Source: an uncultured Methanosarcinales archaeon (GTDB lineage: Archaea; Nanobdellota; Nanobdellia; Woesearchaeales; GW2011-AR4). From it: 64,000 nt of DNA. Position numbers and translations under genes: made by a program. The stretch is taken from NCBI GenBank assembly GCA_964585935.1, contig CAZPFO010000002.1:7465-71464 (forward strand), read 5' to 3'. The notes beneath the pieces were generated by a model that saw only the letters and a program-made list of their open reading frames with translations, was not told the DNA's origin and ran no database searches. Below, piece by piece: positions 9,456-19,557 of this stretch (positions are counted from its first letter, which is position 1; every line of letters begins with the position of its first letter).

Positions 9456-9840
9456 ACGCTCCGGTTATTCCGGATAGAAATTGACCTGCAATATATAAAT
9501 CTTTCCTCTGGAGTGGTAACTCTTTTGTGGAGCTTTGTGCATTATTCTTCACGAGAAGAAAAATTTGTTAAGAAAACAAGGATTTAAACCAGTTTATTAT
9601 TTTTGTAAAAAAGTTTTCTTTATGTTCGGGTGTTATAGGACTTAAACCGCTGTTGTGGAGAGTCGGGAAACATTGGCCGTTGTTGGGTGTTAATAGAGTT
9701 AAACACTCCAATAAGGATAATAAATTAAAATAATTTTTTCATTATAAACTCTTTTTTGGTTATATATATAAATGTTTTTAAAAAATTTATTTAATCCTAA
9801 AAACAAAACCATTTTAAACAAATCCTGAACTAAAATTCTC

Positions 9841-10203
9841 ATGAGGATACCAAAAAGATACGGAGAGTCAAAGATTGCTAACTGCCCTTTTTGCGGAAAA
9901 ATAAGTGTAACCAAAAACAATCAGGGAGTTCCTGTCTGTCAAAGCCATAAAGACGGTGAGTTGAAAGACTTAAAATGTGTATGCGGAGAATGGCTTGATA
10001 TTATGTCTGGAAAATGGGGAACATACTTTAGGTGTATGAATTGCGGGAACATAAACTTCAAAAAAGGGGTTGATATGAATCCGCAGTTAAAAGATATTCT
10101 CCCTCAAGTGAAAGGCAATCAAACTCAAGTAAAAAATAATCAAAAAAAGAGCAATCCAAGGGAGATTACAATAACTTCAGACCAGGTTGATATTATTTAC
10201 TAA
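9841..10203 (+). CDS. zinc-ribbon protein (topoisomerase-type C4 zinc finger-like)
   Basis: Two Cys4 clusters: CPFCG...CQSH and CVCG...CMNCG. Confidence 0.45.
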   Translation: MRIPKRYGESKIANCPFCGKISVTKNNQGVPVCQSHKDGELKDLKCVCGEWLDIMSGKWGTYFRCMNCGNINFKKGVDMNPQLKDILPQVKGNQTQVKNNQKKSNPREITITSDQVDIIY

Positions 10204-10209
10204 ATTACT

Positions 10210-10524
10210 ATGAAATGTCATGAATGCGGAGTATGCTGTAAACTTTTCCTGATAAACCTTACGGAAGAAGAGTACCAATCAAGTAGATATAAGACCCAGT
10301 TCGAAAGTTTTGGGATAGAGAATGATTTTAATGAAGCACAAATGAATGCTGCAAATATAATCTCGCAAAAAGATGATGGAAGCTGCATATATCTTAAGGG
10401 GGGCAAATGTTCTATTCATTCAAAAAGGCCTCAATCATGCAGAAAATTCTTTTGTACATCAAAAGAGCAAGGGTTTAAAACAATGATTGATAAGATTAGA
10501 AAAGAGAAAGAAATGAATAACTGA
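10210..10524 (+). CDS. YkgJ-family putative Fe-S/zinc cluster protein
   Basis: CHECGVCC (CxxCxxCC) signature at the N-terminus. Confidence 0.5.
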   Translation: MKCHECGVCCKLFLINLTEEEYQSSRYKTQFESFGIENDFNEAQMNAANIISQKDDGSCIYLKGGKCSIHSKRPQSCRKFFCTSKEQGFKTMIDKIRKEKEMNN

Positions 10525-10545
10525 TTTTTGTGTTTTAGTAGTTTA

Positions 10546-10827
10546 TTACTTCTCAAACTTAGAGATGTTCTTTTCCAGCTCGTTGAATGGAAACGGCCTT
10601 TTGTTTGAAACAAAGGTCATATATCTTAAGAAGATATATATTTGCGTATTCCAGATTTCGCTGAACTCTGCAATTCCTTTGTTTCTTTTGTTTTCAATCA
10701 GAGTAATGATGCAGTTCACTATTACAAGAATATGTATCAATGCCTTCCATATTCCTAAAATAATTCCTGAAACTATCACCACAACAATCCTCATCAAAGC
10801 TTCTTTTCTTTCTGACATTTTTTTCAC
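10546..10827 (-). CDS. hypothetical membrane protein
   Basis: Hydrophobic 93 aa ORF. Confidence 0.3.
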   Translation of the reverse strand: MKKMSERKEALMRIVVVIVSGIILGIWKALIHILVIVNCIITLIENKRNKGIAEFSEIWNTQIYIFLRYMTFVSNKRPFPFNELEKNISKFEK

Positions 10828-10842
10828 CTCAATAATTTTAGG

Positions 10843-11262
10843 TTATATTAACATATTGTACAGCTTGTCAAAATCAACTTCTGTGTTAACACAACCGTCT
10901 TTTGATAATTGGAGGGATTTTGCCTTAATCTTCTTTTTTTTAACCAATTCATTACCTTCCTTTAACTCTGATTGGCAAGCAACTCCAATAACTTCAGGAT
11001 CATCAAAATCTTCAAGGATTTTTTTAACCATTGACCCGCCAGGAACAATAAAAACATTATAGCCTTTTTCTTCTGCTGTTTTCTTAAATGCGCCAATTTT
11101 ACATCTGCCGCAGTTTATACAGTTATACCCATGGCTGGCTAATTTTGCAGGGCACTCTGTGCTTCTAAGGCAATGTGGCAAAAAAATGAGCTTATCCATA
11201 ATTGATGCGTTAATAAAAGCAGTATTAAAAATCTTTTGGTTGTAAAGTAAAAAATGCTGCAT
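10843..11262 (-). CDS. DUF116-like cysteine-rich protein
   Basis: LPHCLRSTECPA...CINCGRC pattern. The true start may be the internal ATG at 11199. Confidence 0.4.
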   Translation of the reverse strand: MQHFLLYNQKIFNTAFINASIMDKLIFLPHCLRSTECPAKLASHGYNCINCGRCKIGAFKKTAEEKGYNVFIVPGGSMVKKILEDFDDPEVIGVACQSELKEGNELVKKKKIKAKSLQLSKDGCVNTEVDFDKLYNMLI

Positions 11263-11321
11263 TTAGCTAGATTAAACCAAAAAAAGATAACTATATATAA
11301 TAAATTAACTTCTCAGATTTT

Positions 11322-11675
11322 ATGATACAATGCTCAAATAAAACACAGAAGTGTATCAATTGCCACGATCATTTCCAGCAGTTAAGGCCTTTGGTCAATG
11401 ATGTTGTTGTTTCTAAGCATTTCAAAAGAGACGCCCCTGATTTTAATATAAATCTTATTCTTGACTGCGAGCATATGCACTTCACAAGATTGCATAAATT
11501 TGAAGAAACAATTGAAGGAAACCATATCTTTAGAGCTTTAAAAGATAAGATGCATATTGTTTATGCAATTGACAAAAACCATAGGCTAATTTTTTTGCGC
11601 GCATTTAACAACTTTGGGTCTTATAAGAAGTTTTTGAATGAAAAGAAAGAGATTATGAATATGATTGAGAATTAA
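11322..11675 (+). CDS. hypothetical protein
   Basis: 117 aa ORF with Cys/His-rich N-terminus (CINCHDHF). Confidence 0.35.
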   Translation: MIQCSNKTQKCINCHDHFQQLRPLVNDVVVSKHFKRDAPDFNINLILDCEHMHFTRLHKFEETIEGNHIFRALKDKMHIVYAIDKNHRLIFLRAFNNFGSYKKFLNEKKEIMNMIEN

Positions 11676-11700
11676 TTTAATTTTTTATTAGGGTTGCCTC

Positions 11701-14700
11701 TTAATCACCAAACTCTTTATAATACTCTTCCAAAGAATTAACAGAAACTTCTCCTTTTGTTAAACTCTGTATGGCTTTTAATGAGGCTTTTGTTCCTGCT
11801 ATTGTTGTTACAATTGGGATTCCTAATTCAATCGCGTTTCTTCTTATTTTATAGCCGTCACTGCCAACTCTTGAGCCTTTGGGTATGATAATTATCAAAT
11901 CAAGCTCTTTGTTTTTCATCATGTTTATTATTTTTGGGTTATCGCGAACTTTAGGCACTGCAAAAGTCTCTATATTATTATCCACCAGATACTTTTGGGT
12001 GCCTTCTGTCGAATAAATTTTAAATCCAAGGGAAGAGAATTCTTTTGCTATTGGCAAAAATGTTTCTTTGTTTTGATCTCTACCAATACTGAATAACAAG
12101 CTTCCTTTAGCTGGCAAATTGTTGTAAGCGGATTCCTGGGCCTTGTAGAAAGCTTTTCCAAAATCATAATCAATGCCCATCACTTCTCCAGTTGACTTCA
12201 TCTCAGGGCTTAAAACCGGATCAACTCCTCCTAATTTCAGGAATGGGAAAACAGCTTCCTTGACAGTCACAAAATTAGGCTCTTTATAACTGCCCAGATT
12301 GAAATCTTTTATTTTTTTGCCAATCATTATTTTTGTTGCAATTTTTGCCAGTGGAATTCCTATTGTTTTGCTTACATAAGGCACGGTTCTTGAAGCTCTA
12401 GGGTTTGCTTCTAAAACATAAACCTCATTGTCTTTAACAGCATACTGGATGTTTATTAAGCCAATAACCTCAAGGGATTTTGCAATCTTTGTTGTATAGT
12501 CAATCACTTTATCTTTTACTTCCTTAGAGATTGTCTGAGGCGGAATAACGCAGGCAGAATCTCCTGAATGGATCCCTGCTTCCTCAATGTGCTCCATTAT
12601 TGCTGCAACAAAGACATCTTCTTTGTCTGAAAGGGCATCTACATCAAGCTCGATTGCATTATCCAGGAATTTGTCAATCAAAACAGGATGTTCCGGGCTT
12701 ACCTTGACTGCCTCTTTCATATATTCAGTTAATTCTTCATCATCATCTACAATCTTCATAGCCCTCCCCCCAATTACATAAGAAGGCCTTACCAAAACAG
12801 GATAAGTTATTTTGTTTGCAATCTCTAAAGCTTTTTCAGTTGACATTGTAGTTCCCCACGGAGCAGACGGAATGCTTAGTTTTTCCAATATAGCGCCAAA
12901 CTTCTTCCTGTCTTCAGCAGTATCAACCATTTCAGGGCTTGTTCCTAAAATTTTAACTCCTGCCTTATGCAAGGGCATTGCTAGGTGTATAGGTGTCTGG
13001 CCTCCAAATTGCAGTATAATACCATAAGGCTTTTCCTTCTCGATAATGTTCATAACATCCTCAAAAGTCAAAGGCTCAAAATATAATTTATCAGAAGTGT
13101 CAAAGTCTGTTGAGACAGTCTCAGGATTGTTGTTTATTATCAAAGCTTCTATGTTTTCTTCTCTTAATGCAAATACTGAATGTACGCAGCAATAATCAAA
13201 CTCTATGCCCTGGCCTATCCTTATCGGGCCTCCGCCTATAATAATCACTTTTTTGTTGTTTGAGGGATTGGATTCGTCTTCTTTTTCATAAGTTGAATAT
13301 AAATAAGGAGTTACAGCTTCAAACTCTGCAGCGCATGTATCAACCATCTTGTATGTAGGCAGGATATTGTTTTTTATCCTGAAGTTTCTTATTTCCTTCT
13401 CTGTTTTTCCTAATTTATGCGCAATCTGCGTGTCTGAGAATCCTGATTTTTTCGCATTTAATATTGATTTTTCATTTAATTCAATTTTATTTCCATCTTC
13501 ATAAATATTCTTTACCTTGTTTAGGAACCATTTGTTTATTCCTGTTAACTCATGTATTTCTTCAAGAGTCATTCCTATTTTAATTGCGTCTCTTATGTAC
13601 ATCATTCTTTTGTGAGTTGCAACTTTAAGGTTTTGGATTATTTCTTCTTTGTTTGCACATGGCTTGTCTTTTTTATCATAACCTAGACCAAATCTTCCAA
13701 CTTCCAATGACCTTATTGCTTTTTGCAGAGCTTCTTCAAAAGTCCTTCCAATAGCCATTGTTTCTCCTGTGGATTTCATTTGAGTTCCAATTTCCTTGTT
13801 AGCAGTCTCAAACTTGTCAAATGGCCATCTAGGAATTTTAACAACAACATAATCTATTGTTGGCTCGAAGCATGCTTTTGTCTCTTTAGTCACGTCATTA
13901 GGTATTTCATCTAATGTCATTCCAATAGCTATTTTTGCAGCTATCCTGGCTATTGGGTAGCCTGTTGCCTTTGAAGCTAAGGCTGAGCTTCTTGAAACTC
14001 TTGGATTTACTTCAATGATCATGTACTTGCCTGTGTTGTAATTAAGCGCAAACTGAATATTGCAGCCTCCTTCTACTTTCAAGGCCCTTATTATTTTGAT
14101 TGCAGAAGTTCTCAGGACCTGGAAATCATGGTCATTTAGAGTTTGTGTAGGAGCTGTTACGATGCTTTCACCTGTATGAATTCCCATAGGGTCAAAGTTT
14201 TCCATTGGGCAGATAATGATGCAGTTATCTTGTTTATCCCTCATTACTTCCATTTCAAATTCTCCCCAGTCTTTTGTCCCTAAAATAGCCTGCTCGAGAA
14301 GTATCTGTTTTATTGGGCTTTGTTGCAGTCCAGATTCAATGAATTTTTTTAGCTCTTCCTGGTTTTTTGCGATTCCGCCGCCTGTTCCACCTAGAGTGTA
14401 GGCAGGCCTTATTACTAATGGCAATCCTACTTTTTTGGCAAAATCTTCTGCTTCTTTCATAGAAGTTACAATTGCGCTTGCTGGCACTGGCTCATTGATG
14501 TTTTTCATCAGCTCTTTGAATTTATTTCTGTCTTCACCAGCTTCAATTGTCTTTATTGATGTGCCTAAAACCTCGACATTTAACTCTTTTAGAATTCCTG
14601 ATTTGTGAAGTTGCTCTGCTAAATTTAATCCAGTTTGCCCGCCCATTGTTGGCAGTAAGCCATCAGGCTTTTCTTTCCTGATTATTTTTTTAAGGATATT

Positions 14701-14922
14701 GAGATTGAGCGGCTCAATATAGATATTATCTGCAACATCAGTATCTGTCATGATGGTTGCAGGGTTTGAATTAACCAAGACTACCTTATAGCCGTCTTCT
14801 CTTAAAGCTTTGCAGGCTTGTGTACCTGAGTAATCGAATTCAGCGGCTTGTCCAATAACAATTGGTCCAGAGCCGATTACCATTATTTTTTTAAGATCGG
14901 TTCTTTTTGGCATTTTTATCAA
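11701..14922 (-). CDS. carB: carbamoyl-phosphate synthase large subunit
   Basis: 1073 aa. Duplicated ATP-grasp halves, glycine-rich loops and MGS-like C-terminal domain, e.g. MVIGSGPIVIGQAAEFDYSGTQA... and ...IIGGGPIRIGQGIEFDYCCVH. Confidence 0.95.
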   Translation of the reverse strand: MIKMPKRTDLKKIMVIGSGPIVIGQAAEFDYSGTQACKALREDGYKVVLVNSNPATIMTDTDVADNIYIEPLNLNILKKIIRKEKPDGLLPTMGGQTGLNLAEQLHKSGILKELNVEVLGTSIKTIEAGEDRNKFKELMKNINEPVPASAIVTSMKEAEDFAKKVGLPLVIRPAYTLGGTGGGIAKNQEELKKFIESGLQQSPIKQILLEQAILGTKDWGEFEMEVMRDKQDNCIIICPMENFDPMGIHTGESIVTAPTQTLNDHDFQVLRTSAIKIIRALKVEGGCNIQFALNYNTGKYMIIEVNPRVSRSSALASKATGYPIARIAAKIAIGMTLDEIPNDVTKETKACFEPTIDYVVVKIPRWPFDKFETANKEIGTQMKSTGETMAIGRTFEEALQKAIRSLEVGRFGLGYDKKDKPCANKEEIIQNLKVATHKRMMYIRDAIKIGMTLEEIHELTGINKWFLNKVKNIYEDGNKIELNEKSILNAKKSGFSDTQIAHKLGKTEKEIRNFRIKNNILPTYKMVDTCAAEFEAVTPYLYSTYEKEDESNPSNNKKVIIIGGGPIRIGQGIEFDYCCVHSVFALREENIEALIINNNPETVSTDFDTSDKLYFEPLTFEDVMNIIEKEKPYGIILQFGGQTPIHLAMPLHKAGVKILGTSPEMVDTAEDRKKFGAILEKLSIPSAPWGTTMSTEKALEIANKITYPVLVRPSYVIGGRAMKIVDDDEELTEYMKEAVKVSPEHPVLIDKFLDNAIELDVDALSDKEDVFVAAIMEHIEEAGIHSGDSACVIPPQTISKEVKDKVIDYTTKIAKSLEVIGLINIQYAVKDNEVYVLEANPRASRTVPYVSKTIGIPLAKIATKIMIGKKIKDFNLGSYKEPNFVTVKEAVFPFLKLGGVDPVLSPEMKSTGEVMGIDYDFGKAFYKAQESAYNNLPAKGSLLFSIGRDQNKETFLPIAKEFSSLGFKIYSTEGTQKYLVDNNIETFAVPKVRDNPKIINMMKNKELDLIIIIPKGSRVGSDGYKIRRNAIELGIPIVTTIAGTKASLKAIQSLTKGEVSVNSLEEYYKEFGD

Positions 14923-14968
14923 TTATTTCTTAGTTTAATTTATCCATTTTAATCATTATTTTTATTGA

Positions 14969-16054
14969 TTATTTCAAATCTTTTACGAACTTATCAAAAA
15001 TATGCTCAATATCCTTGGGCCCTGGGCAACTTTCTGGATGCATCTGAACTGTTTGAATTGGCAATTTCTTATGCTTCACTCCTTCAACTGAATTATCATT
15101 GAGGTTAATGTAGGAAACTTCTAATTCAGTTTCGTCTAAGCTTTTTGCATCAACTGCAAAGCCATGGTTTTGAGAAGTGATGTAAACTTTGTTCTCTTCT
15201 AAATTCTTGACAGGCTGGTTTGTTCCTCTATGACCGAATTTAAGCTTGTATGTTTTTCCGCCTAGAGCCAGAGAAACAATTTGGTGGCCGAGGCAGATTC
15301 CTGCTATTGGCATTTCTGACTGCAATTCTTTAACAAGATTGATTGCATCAACTGCTTTTTCAGGGTCTCCTGGGCCGTTTGTAAGAAACAAGCCGTTTGG
15401 TTCTAGGTCAAGAACTTCTTGTGGCTTTGTATTGTAAGGGAGCTGGATAACGTTTATTTTTCTCTTGAGAAAGTTTCTTATTATTGAGAGCTTAGCTCCC
15501 GTATCTATCAATGCTATTGTTTTTTCGCCATTGCAGTCATGTTTTACTGGCTCTTTTACGCTTACTTTTTCAAGAAAATTAAATTCTGAATAGTTTTTTT
15601 GTTTTTTTGCTAAATTTAAAATTTTTTCGTTGTCAATTGGATCTTTTGAAACAATTAATGAACCATTCATAACACCATGAATTCTTATTTTTTTTGTAAG
15701 AAATCTTGTATCAATCCCATGGATTCCCGGAATATTGAATTCTTTAAGGAATTTATCAAGGCTTTTTACAGCATTTCTGTGTTGATAGAAATCATTATAT
15801 TCTCTTACAATAAAGCCTTCTACCTGAACCTTATTAGATTCAAAGTTTCCCTTTCTCACGCCATAATTGCCTATTAATGGGTAGGTTGAAGTAAGAATCT
15901 GGCCTTTGTAAGAAGGGTCTGTCAGGCTTTCTTCATACCCTACCAGAGATGTGTTGAAAACAACTTCTCCTGCTGCCTCTTTCTCAGCCCCAAAGCCCTT
16001 TCCTTCAAGGACAGTGCCGTCATTAAGAGCTAGTGCTGCATACATAGAATACAC
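14969..16054 (-). CDS. carA: carbamoyl-phosphate synthase small subunit (glutamine amidotransferase)
   Basis: 361 aa with class-I GATase triad region GICLGHQ and a CarA N-domain. Immediately upstream of carB on the same strand. Confidence 0.95.
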   Translation of the reverse strand: MYSMYAALALNDGTVLEGKGFGAEKEAAGEVVFNTSLVGYEESLTDPSYKGQILTSTYPLIGNYGVRKGNFESNKVQVEGFIVREYNDFYQHRNAVKSLDKFLKEFNIPGIHGIDTRFLTKKIRIHGVMNGSLIVSKDPIDNEKILNLAKKQKNYSEFNFLEKVSVKEPVKHDCNGEKTIALIDTGAKLSIIRNFLKRKINVIQLPYNTKPQEVLDLEPNGLFLTNGPGDPEKAVDAINLVKELQSEMPIAGICLGHQIVSLALGGKTYKLKFGHRGTNQPVKNLEENKVYITSQNHGFAVDAKSLDETELEVSYINLNDNSVEGVKHKKLPIQTVQMHPESCPGPKDIEHIFDKFVKDLK

Positions 16055-16231
16055 CCCTTAAATAAGAATGAATAATCCCTCAGAAATATACCTCCTAAAA
16101 AAAATATGAAGTTCATTAAAAAAAAGAGAATGTTGGAACTTATTAATAAAGATTGTTATTGTGGATTATATAATTAGTAAATTTGAGAACTTTAGGAAAA
16201 CTTTATAAAAACCTAAAAAAATATATCTTTA

Positions 16232-16612
16232 ATGAAGGACTGGAAAAAAGAGTTTGCACGTGATACATTAGCCTTAGGCTCTATTCCATTCTATCTTCTT
16301 GTTATGGCGAGGGCTGTTGTCGGAAAATATGCTGTTTTTGTTTATCAATTATTGATTGCTTTGCCAATCTTATTTGTATTATCCAAAATTGTAAAAAATT
16401 CAAACCAGCACATAGCAAGGGCTGTTGTCTTGGTTGTGTTTACAAGCCTGTTTTATAATGACTCATTCTATACCCTGTTTGTATCATTGGTTTTTGTCAT
16501 GCTAATTGTGTTTGCTGCTTATATAAAAATCAAGAAAATCGAGATAGTAAAAGGTGTTTTAGCCGGAGTTATTGCTTCTTTGATTAGTTATTATTTGGCT
16601 TCAATAATTTAA
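16232..16612 (+). CDS. hypothetical membrane protein
   Basis: Four predicted TM helices. It sits between the arg and car gene blocks on the opposite strand. Confidence 0.4.
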   Translation: MKDWKKEFARDTLALGSIPFYLLVMARAVVGKYAVFVYQLLIALPILFVLSKIVKNSNQHIARAVVLVVFTSLFYNDSFYTLFVSLVFVMLIVFAAYIKIKKIEIVKGVLAGVIASLISYYLASII

Positions 16613-17580
16613 CTCAAACCCTCAACTTCATCAAAACCGAGCATTAAGTTCATGTTCTGGACTGCCTGGCCTGATGCTCCTTTTATGAGGTTGTCAAGCG
16701 CTGCAATAACAACCAGCTGGTTGTTTTCGTCTACTTCAAAGCCGCCAATCAAACATTTATTAGTGCCCTGAACAGCATGCACATCCGGAGCTTTGCTTAA
16801 AACGTCAACAAATGGGCAGTCTTTATAGAAATCCTCATATATTTTTTTTATTTTTCCAGCGTCTTCTTTATGCTTTAATAAAATATGGGCAGTTATCATC
16901 ATCCCCTGGAAAGTGTCAATGACATGCGGGGTAAAGCTTAACTTTGTTTTTATGAATTGCTCAACCTCATACTTATGGCGGTGTTTTGTTAGTTTATAGG
17001 CAATTATATTATCCTTTATTACTGAGCCATCTTTAGCATATACTGATTTTTTTCCCGCTCCAGACCATCCTGATTTGCAGTCAAAAACTAAATACTTTGC
17101 TTGTTTTTGCATTGGAAAAGAACTTAAAATCATACCAGTTGCATAGCATCCAGGATTCCCAATTAATTTTGCTTTTTTTATTTTTTCCTTAAAAAGTTCT
17201 GGTAATCCGTAGGTTGCTTTTGTTTTTTTGTCCTTGTGTTTTACTTTGTAAACCTTTTCATAGTCCTGAAGATTTTTAAAACGGTAGTCTGCGCTTAAGT
17301 CAATTATTTTGCAATTTAGTTTTGGAACATATCCCATTGCCTTTGTATGGGGCACGGCTAAAAAAACAACATCCAGCTTCATGTTGTTTATTTTATCAAT
17401 TGAATAATTTGTAAATTTTAAATTTCCATTTGTAAAATCATGATAAAGGCTTTTTACTGTTTTTCCTTTATAGCTCTTGCTATTCAAAACAGCAAGTTCA
17501 ACTTTCTTATGGCTGCTCAGGATTTTTATTAATTCATATCCAGTATATCCAGATGCGCCTATTATTCCGGCTTTATACAT
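16609..17580 (-). CDS. argC: N-acetyl-gamma-glutamyl-phosphate reductase (ArgC; LysY-type cannot be excluded)
   Basis: MYKAGIIGASGYTGYELIKIL Rossmann N-terminus and catalytic Cys region GCYATG. Confidence 0.85.
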   Translation of the reverse strand: MYKAGIIGASGYTGYELIKILSSHKKVELAVLNSKSYKGKTVKSLYHDFTNGNLKFTNYSIDKINNMKLDVVFLAVPHTKAMGYVPKLNCKIIDLSADYRFKNLQDYEKVYKVKHKDKKTKATYGLPELFKEKIKKAKLIGNPGCYATGMILSSFPMQKQAKYLVFDCKSGWSGAGKKSVYAKDGSVIKDNIIAYKLTKHRHKYEVEQFIKTKLSFTPHVIDTFQGMMITAHILLKHKEDAGKIKKIYEDFYKDCPFVDVLSKAPDVHAVQGTNKCLIGGFEVDENNQLVVIAALDNLIKGASGQAVQNMNLMLGFDEVEGLS

Positions 17581-18733
17581 TTGCTAATACCTCTTCAAGT
17601 ATTTTCATTGCCCCATCAACATGCTTTTTATTTGTTATCAAAGACGGCAGAAACCTTATCGTATTCGGAGTTGCGTTATTGATCAGCAAACCTTTTTTCA
17701 GGCACTCTTCAGTAATCTTTTTAGCGTCTCCTTCAATATCAACGCCTATCATAAGGCCGATACCTTTTATTTTTTTTATCGCTTGATTTTTATTTTTTAA
17801 CTCGTTTAATTTTTTCAGGAAATAATCTCCGACTTTAGACGCGTTCTCCATTAGCTTATGCTTTGAAATATAATCAAGAGTTGTATTTGCTGCTGTGCAG
17901 CTTAAGCTATTCCCTCCAAAAGTGCTTGCATGGTCTCCTTTATCAAAATCATATTTTGAAATGCAAACCCCAATAGGAACTCCGTTTGCAAGACCTTTGG
18001 ATAAAGTTACGATATCCGGCAAAATTCCATTATGCTGGTAAGCGAAAAACTTCCCGGTCTTGCCGTTTCCTGACTGAACTTCATCTAAAATCAATAATAC
18101 TTTTTTCTTTTTGCAAATCTCAGCAACTTTTTTCAGATAATCCTTATCCGGAACAATGATTCCTGCTTCCCCTTGTATTGGCTCGAGCATTACTGCTGCT
18201 GTGTTTTCTGTTATTGAGTTCTCAACAGCTTTTGGATCATCATAAGGAACAAAATTAAAGCCCTGTACTAAAGGGTTAAATGGCTTTTTGATGTTTTTTT
18301 TCCAGGTAGCTGCTAAACTAGCGTGTGTGCGGCCGTGAAAAGACTGCTTGCAGACTATAAATTCTGTCTTGCCAGTTACTTTCTTTGCTAATTTTATAGC
18401 TGTCTCATTTGCCTCTGCTCCTGAATTGCAGAAAAAGCACTTTTTCAGCCCAGACAGCCTTGCCAGCTTCTCAGCCAGCACAACCTGCGGCTCAGTATAG
18501 TAAAGATTGCTTACATGGAACAATTTTTTGGACTGTTCGATTATCGCTTTTGCGACTTCCTTATTGGCGTGCCCTATCGGGATGCAGCCGAGGCCTGTAA
18601 TAAAATCCAGGTATTTCTTTCCTTTTTTATCAAATACATAAACACCCTTTCCATGATCTATGACAAGGTCAAACCTATTATAGGTCTGCATTATGTACTT
18701 TTTCTCGTTTTGCTTTACCTTACTTGCTTCCAT
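17573..18733 (-). CDS. argD: acetylornithine aminotransferase (class III PLP)
   Basis: Class-III aminotransferase motifs: SGAEANETAIKLA, the PLP-lysine region DIVTLSKGLANG. Confidence 0.85.
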   Translation of the reverse strand: MEASKVKQNEKKYIMQTYNRFDLVIDHGKGVYVFDKKGKKYLDFITGLGCIPIGHANKEVAKAIIEQSKKLFHVSNLYYTEPQVVLAEKLARLSGLKKCFFCNSGAEANETAIKLAKKVTGKTEFIVCKQSFHGRTHASLAATWKKNIKKPFNPLVQGFNFVPYDDPKAVENSITENTAAVMLEPIQGEAGIIVPDKDYLKKVAEICKKKKVLLILDEVQSGNGKTGKFFAYQHNGILPDIVTLSKGLANGVPIGVCISKYDFDKGDHASTFGGNSLSCTAANTTLDYISKHKLMENASKVGDYFLKKLNELKNKNQAIKKIKGIGLMIGVDIEGDAKKITEECLKKGLLINNATPNTIRFLPSLITNKKHVDGAMKILEEVLANV

Positions 18734-19556
18734 TTTTCACCAGCTCTGTTCCGATACCTTTATCCGTAAAAATCTCAAACAATATTGCGTGAGTTATTGT
18801 TCCATTAATAAGGTGGGCTTTTTTACAGCCGGATTCTATTGCTTCTATGCATGCCTTAACTTTTGGGATCATTCCTTTTGAAATTATTCCTTTTTTGATG
18901 TGTTTATGGGCATCTTTTATTGATAAATGCGCAATCAATTTTCCTTTTTCCATTACACCATCAACATCTGTCAAAATTGTCAGTTTTTCTGCTTTAAGTG
19001 CAGTTGCTATTTTTGTTGCTGCTGTATCAGCATTTATGTTGTATTTTTTTCCATTGCCTATGGCTAATGGCGAAATGATAGGAACGTACCCTTTGTTTAT
19101 TACGCTTAATATCTTCTTTTTGTCTACTTTTGTTATTCTGCCAACCAACCCAAGTCTCTTGTCTTTTTGTTTTGCAATCAGGCATCCGGTTACTGTTTCG
19201 CCCTGCTCCTTGAATTCTTTCAATAACCCCTTGATTTCATTATTTATTTTTTTGAAAACCTTGTCTATTATCTTTATTGTTGAGCCATCAGTAACCCTCA
19301 ATCCATTTACAAACTTAGGCTTTAGATTTGCTTTTTTCATTTCTTTGGTTATTTCAGGGCCTCCGCCATGGACAATAATTGGCTTGATGCCTAATGATTT
19401 AAGGAAAGCTATGTCTTTCATTACTGAGTGCTTGAGCTTGCTGTTTATCATAGCATTTCCGCCATATTTGATTACAAATATTTTGCCTTTAAACTTACGA
19501 ATATATGGAAGCGCTTCTTCAATCAGCATCTTTGCTTTTTTTATCAGTTGTTTCAT
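18720..19556 (-). CDS. argB: acetylglutamate kinase
   Basis: AAK-family motifs: KFKGKIFVIKYGGNAM and HGGGPEI. Start chosen at MKQLIKK (ATG 19556), one nt from the argJ stop. Confidence 0.85.
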   Translation of the reverse strand: MKQLIKKAKMLIEEALPYIRKFKGKIFVIKYGGNAMINSKLKHSVMKDIAFLKSLGIKPIIVHGGGPEITKEMKKANLKPKFVNGLRVTDGSTIKIIDKVFKKINNEIKGLLKEFKEQGETVTGCLIAKQKDKRLGLVGRITKVDKKKILSVINKGYVPIISPLAIGNGKKYNINADTAATKIATALKAEKLTILTDVDGVMEKGKLIAHLSIKDAHKHIKKGIISKGMIPKVKACIEAIESGCKKAHLINGTITHAILFEIFTDKGIGTELVKNGSK

Positions 19557-19557
19557 T

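Noticed and set aside
12587-14401. Several 60-70 aa plus-strand ORFs inside carB (12587-12781, 12812-13027, 13723-13914, 14216-14401)
   Set aside because: They are antisense to a confidently identified 1073 aa carB and Ser/Cys-rich in composition. They are frame-shadow artefacts.
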